Source: Saccostrea cucullata (lineage: Eukaryota). Taken from it: a stretch of DNA of 64,000 nucleotides. Below, piece after piece: positions 1 through 9,268 of the stretch. The translations under genes were made by a program, and so were the position numbers. The notes under the pieces were generated by a model. It was not told the origin of the DNA, ran no database searches, and was given only the letters and a program-made list of their open reading frames with translations. The stretch lies in assembly GCF_032062105.1 (NCBI RefSeq), contig NW_026929887.1:248001-312000 (forward strand), written 5' to 3'. The first letter of the stretch is position 1; each line of letters opens with the position of its first letter.

Positions 1-123
1 CAAACTTGTTCATGTTGTTCTCTCTAGATTAAAAACACACATTACACAAAATATACCATCCTGAAACCAGCACCTATGGACAAAAGCACACATTCATGTA
101 AATTATATATTCTTCTCTTGCAG

Positions 124-3100
124 GATTTTAGCATATATTCCAAGTTTCAAAGAAATTCCTATACTTTTAATAAAGTTCATATCAACTGCTATAAAAGTGA
201 AGATATAGAGAAATGGATAGTGAGTAAAAACTCAGACGAATCAATTGTGAAAACAGCAGCAGCCTCACACACTGATCTTGTACCTGATGTTTACGAAGGT
301 AAAAAAAATCTTTCTTATGACAAGGGATCTGGGAGGATCTCATGAGAATATTGGTGTGTTTCCAAATGACCACACACACACATTTAAATACCAAATTGAA
401 AACTACTCCTTTCATAACATCTAAAAATTCTTCTTTTTTTTATTCAGGTGGTTTGACAGTTTGGGAATGTGGGTGTGATCTAGCAGAATTCATTGCTGAT
501 GGAGGCCTTGAATTCAAAGAAAAATCAGTTATTGAGGTACGTTTTCCTGCTTTCAATATATATGTTCATGTTTCAAATCCTAGCTTCTTATAAATCTAGA
601 GGATCTGGGAACCATTTTATTCTTTAGGTGATTTTTCACAGTCATATTATTAAAAACGGAAAGTTTTATATGATCTGTTACCACTTCTTGTCTGTAAAGT
701 GGTATCAGATTAAAGAACATATAATTTTAATTACATTGAACAGCTAAGATGAATTTCAAAACCTCACAAAAATTAGTGATTTCAAAGTAATGAAAGGATA
801 AAGCAAAGAAATATTACTGGGAGCAATTTACCAGATATGAATACAAATTATTTACACATGTCATTGTTCTTCCTAATTAAATTTAAATCAGATTTTGTTG
901 ACAAGTAAGTCATACATGTATTAGAATTTCAAATACTTATGAATTGTATTTATAATTAAATGCCTTTTTCAAGCTTGGTTGTGGAGCAGGTTTACCTGGG
1001 ATATGTGCAATGAAACTTGGAGCAAAACAAGTCCACTTCCAAGACTATGCAAGTACATTGTATTAATATCATGTAAATTGTTTCAATAATGACAGATGTC
1101 AAATATTTCCAAGAATGTTTTAATATTCATCAAAACACTATTCAAAATATATGTAATTTGCACTGTTTGCTTTCCCCATTTTTCAATGTATGCCAGATAA
1201 AATTTATCCAAAAAATCTATCCCCATAAACAAAATTAGAACAGATAATATTTAATTATATGTTTAATTTTATTATTTCAGAATTCAGAAGTAATATCATA
1301 TTTCACAATTCCAAATGTCTTAGACCTGAACCAGACAGACTCCTGTCAGTGTAGGTTTTTCTCAGGAGACTGGGGAGAATTTCAGATGTATGCCGAAAGT
1401 CATCCTGATTTAAAGTAAGTACACTTTCTATTTGAACATAGAAATAAAGGTTGGAAAAGAAATTACTAAATGATAACCATCATACAATGATTAACTCTTT
1501 AATCAACTAAGGATGACTGATACCTGAAACATCTAGAAATAATATTACATTACATAAATGATTAGTTATCTCCTCCCCCGGGGACAAGTTTTTTAGGCAC
1601 TAATAAAATTTAAAAGGTCTGTATAAATCAAATATCAAATTACGGAATGTTTCATATCACAACTGTACTTCAGTCACTAGTAATTAAAGATCAATTGAAC
1701 TGTCCAATAATCAGTTATTCCCTGCAGAATCCATGGAATCCTGTCTAGTATTGCGGCGTGGTCTTCCAGGCGTCAACATCTCTTTCTTTCCAGTTGCACT
1801 GTGTGGCTGAAGACGAGCCAGAGCGCGGGGTAAACGTGTGACCTTCGGTTTGTCTTCATGTTCTGTCGGAGGAGTGACTTCGTCCTTGTCCGTCAATAGT
1901 CGTCTTGGCGATAAACGTGACTTAGCGGTTGATTTTGGGGTCACGACCGCAGGTGAGACCTCTCCAGATGTAGCAGGTGAACCATGGTTAACAGGTGGTG
2001 GAACAGAAGGGCCATCCATCCTGGGAGTCACATGCGAAGGTTGTGGTGTGCTACATTTCAATGGATTTAGAGTCAGTGTTTTCTGAGTCGAGGATGAACC
2101 ATCTGTAACAGTCTTTTCTGAAGACTGTGGCATTCTCGGCATCGTTTCAATCGCGCTGGGTGAGTTGCTGTTAAACGGGGTGAATTTCCTCAGATGTTGG
2201 CGATTTCTTAGCGTAACCCTTCCTGTGCCATCTACACGTACAACATACTGGTGGTATTGGCGGACCTCAACAACAACTCCCGTACGTTCCCATCTCCTTG
2301 GGTGGTTGCCCATTAAATTTTGGATATACACATGGTCTCCAACCTGCAGTGGTGGTAGCTGATGGGTATGCTCATTCCATCTTTCATTCTCTCTTGAGTG
2401 GCGTTTGGCAAGAGCTAACTCTCTACTCGACATCAGTTCCTTCCATGTATCATGAGGCGAATATCTACCCATTACGATTGGCATGGCATCTCTGATCGGA
2501 CGACCAAACAGGATCAAGGCTGGGGATGCCTTCGTCTCTGGATCAATGGAGTTCCTGTATATAAGTAAAGCCCTCTGAAACTTATCCACGTCTAAGGAAC
2601 CATTGGCTGTGATGTTGTCCGCAAGCATACGTTTTACCATCTTCACCGCAACTTCAGCTCTGCAGCTGGCATGTGGATTTGCAACTGATGAGATTCTATG
2701 TCTGACTCCCCAGGCTTTCAGGAATTCCTGTGTCTTTCCAGCTGTATACTGAGGACCTCCATCTGATGTTAATTCCTCTGGGATACCAAATGTGACAAAC
2801 GTCTCACGAAGGCGCTTCACCAGTCCATCCGCTCCAGACTCCGATCTGTATACCATGGGCCAGTTGGAGTACCTGTCCATGACCACAACATAATCCTTGC
2901 TGTTGTAGGTGAAGTAGTCGCTGTAAATCTTCTGGAAAGGATATTCAGGAGGAACTATATCAGTAGGTGGCTGCATGGGGTTTGACTTAGCCATCTGGTG
3001 ACAATGTCCACACTGGTCCCTCATCCTGGCAATATCCACCGTGATATCTGGCCAATACACTGAGTCCATGGCTCTGGCACGCATCGACGAGACTCCTTGG

Positions 3101-6100
3101 TGTGCTGCATGAAGTGCATTGAGTACTAGTTTATGTAAGGCAGGTGGAATGACTATACGCTGTCCCAAGAGAACCACACCATCAACAGAGCATAGACTGC
3201 CAGAAAAACGATGAAATGGGCACAACTCCAGTGGCAAATCCCTATAATCCTCTGGGAACCCTTCTTCTATCTGCTGAAGCAGGCTAATATACGTAGGATC
3301 TGATGCTGTGGCTTCACGTACCATATCCCAAGTTACAACCATGATGTTGGCATTTAATGCAGTTGTAGTGGCAGCAACTGTGGAGGTATCATCAGCTTGA
3401 TCTCGATCCTCAGTAGATAGGCCAAAACTGGTGGGTGTATCACGACAACTGGCAGAGCAACTGTCAAGGGACTCGTCTACTGTGGCATCGCCAGGTAATA
3501 CCAGTCGATCTGGGGGGCAAGCTGGATGTCTGGAAGCTGCATCCGGACCAAGGTTCTTCTTCCCAGGTACATGAACCACCGTAAACTTGTATCCAAGGGT
3601 CTTTTCTTTCAGGTTAAGGAGACGTCTGTTATCTATCTCAGTGAGTGATCGGTCATTCAATCTCTGGAGTAGTGGTTTATGGTCAGTGGCGACAATGAGA
3701 TCTTCGCATCCGAGCACATAGTATCTTGTCTGGTGGAGTGCGTACACAACAGCCAAGGCTTTGCCTTCGATTGGAGCGTATCTACTTTCTGCTGGGTGGG
3801 TGAATCTACTGCCGACCAAACAAAGCTTCCATCTGTCATTACAGCATGCTGGGGTCTTACTGGCACAGCTGCAATACTTCTGCATCATGAAGAAGCCAAT
3901 ACCATCAATGGACCAGTCTGTGGCTAGACAGGTCATGCGTGCTGGGTCAAACAGACGAACACCTTCCTTCATCTCCTGGATTATGACCTCTTTGGACTTT
4001 GTAAATAGTTCATCTAGCTCATCCGTCCAATGGAACGGTGTAGATGGTTTCAATAGAGCTCGGAACGGTTTCATCTGTTTAGTCATGGCAAACGCGTAGG
4101 CACCTTGGTTGACCAATCCAAACCATGCTCTTGCACCGGTAATGTTGGATGGTGTGGGAAAGTTGCTGATTGCATCTAGGAACTTCGTGCTTGGTCGTAT
4201 ATTTGTAGGAGTAATTGTGAGTCCAGCAAAATCTACAATATCTTGAGCAAACTGGAACTTCTTCGGGTTGAGGGTAATACCATTCCGAGCACAGAGGTCT
4301 AACCATTCGCACGTCTGGAAGAATGCTGCTTTAACAGAATCTGCCCACATACAAGTGTCATCCATGCATTTGACCTTGTTCTTGAAGTCCGTAATGACAG
4401 CATCAAATCGTTGGTTGTAAGCATCTCCGCTGGCCATGAATCCCTGTGGAGCTACCTTGTATCTGTACCGTCCCCATGGTGTGATAAAAGTGGTAAAGTG
4501 ACGGTCCTCCTCTCGAATAGGTACAGAGTGGTATCCATTCCAAGCGTCAGTAACGGTCTTCTTCATACCTTGAGGTACCCTGTCTGCTAGATGAAACGGA
4601 CTCGGTACATGATGGGTCTGGCGTACGGAGTGACGGTTTTGTGGTTGAAGATCTACCGTCCTTCTGGGAGTACCATCAGCTTTACCTGTAACTACCATCC
4701 TGGAACACCAAGTTGTAGGGGTATTCTGGCTAACTTTCTCCAAGACTCCAATCCTTACGTCTCTCTCCAGGTCAGCATAGACTTTATCCTGCCAATGGAT
4801 GGGTACCAGTGCTGGCTTGTGAACAGCAACTGGTCTGGCATCAGGATCTATGTGAAGCTTAAGGGGCTCACAGTTCATCAGCGGTAAAGGTTGATGTTCA
4901 CATACATTAAAAGTTGTAGCACCGTAGTAATCAAGTAGCCATTCCTTTAATACATCCACATTTTCTTCAGTAGCGTCCAAGCCTGGTGGTAGTGTTGTTG
5001 GTAGTGGAGGTGGATTAGGCTGACGTCTGGGACAGGAGCAGGTAGTCTCATTTTCTACAGAAGCAAAACTCTCTGATGTGTCTACGGGATGGTTTGGGAA
5101 TTCTGCATGAATTATTCCAAGAGAAACCAAAGCCTCCCTGCAGATGAAAGCTTTTTCCATGACATCAGATACATAACATAATATGCGTGTAGATTTGGAA
5201 CCATCTCTGACCCTCACATCAACTGCAACCGCTCCAATAACCCCAAGGTTTTCTTTGATGGCACCTCGCACAACGAGCTTTACTGGAATTAGGTCCTTTC
5301 TGGTAATTCCCAGGTTGTTGGCTGTCTGTAATGGGATAATCGTACTCTGGCATCCGGTGTCAGCTACCATGGTCACTTGTATTGTTTTGAGCTTTGTAAC
5401 ATCTTTGATGGGATGTCCAAATGACGCATGGTCCTCGGCCAAAGGTGTCATATTAACCAGTAGCATCGGATGAGGTTTGGACGGCCTAGCTATCCATTTT
5501 CCTTCGAAGATGTGATGTTCAAGACGTGCTGTATTCTGATATTGTTCTGATGTGGTACATAGCTGGTCGTAGACATAACCAACCTTGTCGTCAGCATCTT
5601 TCGTCGGTTCCTGTGATGGTCCCTGATTGCGGAGTTTCTGTCCTCGTCCCTGTGTACAAGCCCTTGACGATGAATCACGATGTCCCCAGGCACCACACGT
5701 TGAACACTTGCTGCATGACTTGGTATAATAACCCTTAACTTTACACTTGGCACATGTAGATGTCCAGGCCTCACAACTTCTTTGTCTGGCTCGACGATCG
5801 TTTCTTTGTCCGTGGGCAGGGCCACCACATGCCCAGCACTTGCCTCCAGGTCCTTGTACTGATTTTTGGCTATGGGTCGTAGTCGACATCGCACCGGCTG
5901 AATCTCCAACTGCACTCCGTGTAACTTTGCCTTGTTCCTTCTGTGCTATGAAGGAAACAGTCTCTTCCAAGGTTCTGTCTGTCTTAGGATCACCAAGCAG
6001 GTCAGACAAAATTTCAGGGTCTGCAATTCCTCTAACCAGATTGTCCTTTATGATCTCATCACTGTAGTCGTAAATGTGGTTACATCCTTCCTCCTTGCAT

Positions 6101-9100
6101 GTGGCCTTGTACTGACAGAGTGACGCCTGACCTCGGAGACTGGCTAAAAACGTTCTGATGCTGGTACCAGGTGCTTGTGTCATCTTACTGAGCTTAATGC
6201 GTTGTACCAATGTGCTCTCATCCTTCACAGCAAGCCGTTTAATGACATTCATCAGGTCTGCCTCTGGCATGTCTGTGATGTTACCTCGTTGGTCACGCAT
6301 GACGTCGGTCCGAAGGTCTGAGTCACAGCAGTAGAACAGAGCAGTGGGTATGACGTTTTGGGCAATGGCCATACCCACCTTGTACATCTCCCATTGTCGA
6401 GTGAACGCTGACCACTGGTCTGGGTCACATCCAGCAGCTATGGTGGGTGGGTCCAACTTCAGTTTGGGAGCTGCGGCAGCTGCTGGCTGGGCCTGTGGCT
6501 GGTGAACAGTTCTATCATGGATCTGGAGGGCTGCCGTCATCGCTGCGGCAAAAGCTGCATCCAGGTCCTGAGACTGAGATCACATCCAAATACAGGGCAC
6601 TCTAACGTTGGCATGTTGGGGAGTATAGATCGTCTTTTGTACCAAAATTGTCAATAATTGATTAATTTCTGTTAATTTCTTGTTCTGGAGGCCTGTTTTT
6701 CGTCAAATTGTGTAGAACTGGTATCAGTCATAAATGATAACCATCATCCAATGAGTAACTCTTTAATTAACTAAGGATGGCTGATACCTGAAACATATAG
6801 AAATAATATTACATTACATAAATGATTAGTTAATTACATTCAAATGTGTTGTGTTACTTTTAAAGTGATCTGGCTGTTACTGGTATTGAAGATGTTAAAC
6901 TTTGTATACTTATAACTTTGTGGGTAATAATATATAAATGGTGCCTGTTTTGGAGGGTAACAGTTGAAATTGACACCCCAAGGAAAACCATTGTCAACCA
7001 ACGCGTCAGCGGAGGTTGACAATGGTTTTCCGAGGGGTGTCAATTTCAACTATTACCCTCCAAAACAGGCACCATTTATTTTATTATACTGAATGTCTTC
7101 TTGATTTACTATGTCATCAATACAAATCGTCGATCGCCTTTTCGTTCACGTTTAGAAAGCTTTCAAACTCCCCGCTACTTCAAAAAAGATTTACTGACCT
7201 CTTTATTGTTTATTTGATACTCTATGAGTACTTTATCATCTAAAGTTTCGTTATTTCTGCACTCGCAAGCATGTTTCGTCTGTCGTTTGTTGTTTTCAAG
7301 TAAGCTACATCGGACGCAAGCTTTTATTGACGTCAAGTATATTCCGGTTCTTTCAAACGCGCAACTGATGTTTTGAGAATTCTACGGTGAACTGTACGCG
7401 CATAATTTCCACGCATGTGGCATTACCGTTGTGTTACCCGTTGTCACGTGTGTTGCTAAGGCTGAGGGTAGTAGAACAGATTGTTAACTGCGTCTAAATT
7501 AATCAGATTTTAGTATTTAACATGAAAGTATAATAATTTCTGTTGACACATTGCAAGTTTCACATGCATTTCATTTACTGTCAAATCATTAATTTTCATG
7601 GGGGTTTAATTTTCGTTGTTTTCGAGGTATTGAAAAAACCTTCAAATTTATTACCACGTTTTTTTTTTCATATGCATTACGACTAAACATTTTCCAACCA
7701 CGAAATCAAATCCCAAAAATACCAATATTTTTTCCTCAAACTTCAAAACTTTGAGCCCATGAAAATATGTGATTTTACAGTATGTTTTGATTTTTCTTTC
7801 AGATTTGATTTCATTTTAACAGCAGAAACAATTTATAATGTGGATAATTATCACAAGCTACATAGATTATTTCAACAACTGCTCAAAGATGATGGTAAAA
7901 TGTATCCTTCACAGAATTATACACTGCTGCACTATTTTCAATGGACTACCAATACATGTTGACTTGACTGACCCGTGCAGTTACCTTTCTTTAAAACTAT
8001 CATTTATACAATTCTAATAACTTTTTGGTTTATATGACAGTCCAAAGAAAAAGTCAACAGCTGATCGTATGAGCTTTGTGGATGATTCTTTTGTGTAGAG
8101 ATTGAATGTGATGAATACTTCAATACAGATGATTCTAAAAGAATTTTTTTTTTTACTGAATCTGCCACCTACATTTTTTTAAAGAAATATTTAAAAATCA
8201 TTTTATGTCCATGTCCCATCAAATATGCAATGCCATGCATAGGTAATAAGAATATGCTTTATTCAATTAAAAAAAAGGCCTCGGAACCTAGCTGTCATGA
8301 ATATTCACTCAAAAAAAATATTACTTACTTTTACTCAAATCAAGTAAACGAATTACTTATTTTAAGTAATTTTTAAGTAAAAAAGTTTGTCACCATAGCA
8401 ATCATGATAAGTAATTTATAATATATTAGTAATTTTTAATACAATTTTATAGAAATATTTAAAAATAAACATTTTATGTCCATGTCCTTATATTTTCATT
8501 AATTATTTTTAATAGTTTACCTAAAACATTTATATTAGGTCACTTTAAACGATGTAAGTTGGGATATTTATATATCTTAACGAATAAGGCATTTAACTGT
8601 AACAAAAATGTTTAGAAACATTTAATTAATATTTTGAATATGGCAAGTAAATTATTTTTTAAAATTCTTAAATTAATTTTTTGAATGAAAAATAAAGTAA
8701 TTAATTTACTTACAATAAGGAATTTTAAGTAATTCGTGAATTACTAGTAATCCTTAGTAATACTCAATCATAGTCAGTAATCAACAATTATCTTAAGTAA
8801 TCAGATTACTTAAAATAAGTAAAAAAAAATTACTAAGCAATTTTTTATTTTGAGTGTTTCCTAAGACTAACACTAGGTCTATGATGAGTTATCTCCCTTT
8901 CACTATCTACAAATTCACTATAGGTAATTAGAAACAAGTTTGGAATTTGAATTTGGATGTAAATATGACTAAATATCCTTATCAGTACTCAGATTAGTAG
9001 CTGCCAAGTCCAATTACTATGGAGTGGGAGGAGGGACAGGGTTATTTGAGGATTTTGTGGCTAAAGAGGGATACTTCACTTACAAGTCTGTCAAAACTAT

Positions 9101-9268
9101 AGAAGCTAGTAAGTAACAATACAAATACAGTAATCAGTTATCAAGATGGCTATAGAACAGATATATCAGACACAATATGGATTAATTTCCTTGCATAAAG
9201 TAACACTGCTTGATGTTTTTTTTTTAGGTGTACCACGAGAAATCATTATGCTGGAGAAATTGCTGTGA
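124..9268 (+). CDS. METTL18: Histidine protein methyltransferase 1 homolog (METTL18/HPM1), multi-exon; 5' part lies outside the window
   Basis: Exons join in frame: 124 (or 28)-298, 448-536, 974-1048, 1281-1414, 7803-7901, 8993-9108, 9228-9268 (TGA). Translation gives HTDLVPDVYEGGLTVWEC..VIELGCGAGLPGI..VHFQDYNSEVI..TIPNV..CRFFSGDW..FDFILTAETIYN..LVAAKSNYYGVGGG..VPREII, matching METTL18 family motifs in order. Confidence 0.93.
1467..1568 (-). repeat. 3' LTR (102 bp)
   Basis: Direct repeat of 6731-6832; abuts the PPT inside and the TSD outside. Confidence 0.95.
1569..1579 (-). other. Polypurine tract GGGGGAGGAGA
   Basis: Plus-strand tctcctccccc lies immediately inside the 3' LTR. Confidence 0.9.
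1711..6540 (-). CDS. Gag-Pol polyprotein (1609 aa in the ORF track; original start probably ATG 6614, now out of frame)
   Basis: Cys/His knuckles (CWACGGPAH, CSTCGAWGH); protease ADTGCQST; RT TDAWNGYHSVP, FTTFITPWGRYRY, KCMDDTC; RNase H LATDWS, YAPIEGKAL, TDHKPL; integrase HAAHQG..CGHC, SDYF, TSDGGPQY, RAEVAVK. Confidence 0.95.
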   Translation of the reverse strand: MTAALQIHDRTVHQPQAQPAAAAAPKLKLDPPTIAAGCDPDQWSAFTRQWEMYKVGMAIAQNVIPTALFYCCDSDLRTDVMRDQRGNITDMPEADLMNVIKRLAVKDESTLVQRIKLSKMTQAPGTSIRTFLASLRGQASLCQYKATCKEEGCNHIYDYSDEIIKDNLVRGIADPEILSDLLGDPKTDRTLEETVSFIAQKEQGKVTRSAVGDSAGAMSTTTHSQKSVQGPGGKCWACGGPAHGQRNDRRARQRSCEAWTSTCAKCKVKGYYTKSCSKCSTCGAWGHRDSSSRACTQGRGQKLRNQGPSQEPTKDADDKVGYVYDQLCTTSEQYQNTARLEHHIFEGKWIARPSKPHPMLLVNMTPLAEDHASFGHPIKDVTKLKTIQVTMVADTGCQSTIIPLQTANNLGITRKDLIPVKLVVRGAIKENLGVIGAVAVDVRVRDGSKSTRILCYVSDVMEKAFICREALVSLGIIHAEFPNHPVDTSESFASVENETTCSCPRRQPNPPPLPTTLPPGLDATEENVDVLKEWLLDYYGATTFNVCEHQPLPLMNCEPLKLHIDPDARPVAVHKPALVPIHWQDKVYADLERDVRIGVLEKVSQNTPTTWCSRMVVTGKADGTPRRTVDLQPQNRHSVRQTHHVPSPFHLADRVPQGMKKTVTDAWNGYHSVPIREEDRHFTTFITPWGRYRYKVAPQGFMASGDAYNQRFDAVITDFKNKVKCMDDTCMWADSVKAAFFQTCEWLDLCARNGITLNPKKFQFAQDIVDFAGLTITPTNIRPSTKFLDAISNFPTPSNITGARAWFGLVNQGAYAFAMTKQMKPFRALLKPSTPFHWTDELDELFTKSKEVIIQEMKEGVRLFDPARMTCLATDWSIDGIGFFMMQKYCSCASKTPACCNDRWKLCLVGSRFTHPAESRYAPIEGKALAVVYALHQTRYYVLGCEDLIVATDHKPLLQRLNDRSLTEIDNRRLLNLKEKTLGYKFTVVHVPGKKNLGPDAASRHPACPPDRLVLPGDATVDESLDSCSASCRDTPTSFGLSTEDRDQADDTSTVAATTTALNANIMVVTWDMVREATASDPTYISLLQQIEEGFPEDYRDLPLELCPFHRFSGSLCSVDGVVLLGQRIVIPPALHKLVLNALHAAHQGVSSMRARAMDSVYWPDITVDIARMRDQCGHCHQMAKSNPMQPPTDIVPPEYPFQKIYSDYFTYNSKDYVVVMDRYSNWPMVYRSESGADGLVKRLRETFVTFGIPEELTSDGGPQYTAGKTQEFLKAWGVRHRISSVANPHASCRAEVAVKMVKRMLADNITANGSLDVDKFQRALLIYRNSIDPETKASPALILFGRPIRDAMPIVMGRYSPHDTWKELMSSRELALAKRHSRENERWNEHTHQLPPLQVGDHVYIQNLMGNHPRRWERTGVVVEVRQYHQYVVRVDGTGRVTLRNRQHLRKFTPFNSNSPSAIETMPRMPQSSEKTVTDGSSSTQKTLTLNPLKCSTPQPSHVTPRMDGPSVPPPVNHGSPATSGEVSPAVVTPKSTAKSRLSPRRLLTDKDEVTPPTEHEDKPKVTRLPRALARLQPHSATGKKEMLTPGRPRRNTRQDSMDSAGNN
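6720..6730 (-). other. Non-tRNA primer-binding site TGACTGATACC, complementary to an LTR-internal 11-mer
   Basis: Directly follows the 5' LTR on the sense strand and does not start with TGG. Exact reverse complement of sense GGTATCAGTCA in the 3' LTR (1514-1524); 10/11 match in the 5' LTR (6778-6788). Confidence 0.85.
6731..6832 (-). repeat. 5' LTR (102 bp)
   Basis: Direct repeat of 1467-1568; abuts the PBS inside and the TSD outside. Confidence 0.95.
6934..7079. repeat. Long hairpin (66-bp arms, 14-nt loop) at the end of a probable non-autonomous element running to ~7537
   Basis: Arm 6934-6999 is nearly the exact reverse complement of 7014-7079. Confidence 0.85.
7576..7782. mobile_element. 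MITE with TACTGT...ACAGTA ends (TA-flanked, Tc1/mariner-like)
   Basis: Imperfect TIRs tactgtcaaatcattaattttcatggg / cccatgaaaatatgtgattttacagta; a degenerate relative lies at ~53440-53652. Confidence 0.6.
8306..8856. mobile_element. MITE with CACTC...GAGTG termini (EnSpm/CACTA-like) inside the U12-type intron
   Basis: TIRs CACTCAAAAAAAAATATTACTTA and TAAGCAATTTTTTATTTTGAGTG, flanked by TT; many internal ttact/agtaa subrepeats. Confidence 0.6.

Larger units (their letters stand above)
1467..6832 (-). mobile_element. Full-length Ty3/Gypsy LTR retrotransposon in a METTL18 intron, antisense to the host gene
   Basis: Two 102-bp direct repeats (1467-1568, 6731-6832; 5 mismatches), 5-bp target duplication ATTAC (1462-1466, 6833-6837), polypurine tract next to the 3' LTR, and a gag-pol ORF in PR-RT-RH-IN order. 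Confidence 0.96.

Noticed and set aside
1838-6123. Many short ORFs overlapping gag-pol
   Set aside because: Shadow ORFs of a GC-richer coding region, with no motifs.
6719-6730. Plus-strand TGGTATCAG resembles the plant tRNA-iMet PBS (TGGTATCAGAGC)
   Set aside because: It is on the wrong strand relative to gag-pol and the PPT, and it diverges after 9 nt. The sense-strand reading is explained by LTR complementarity.
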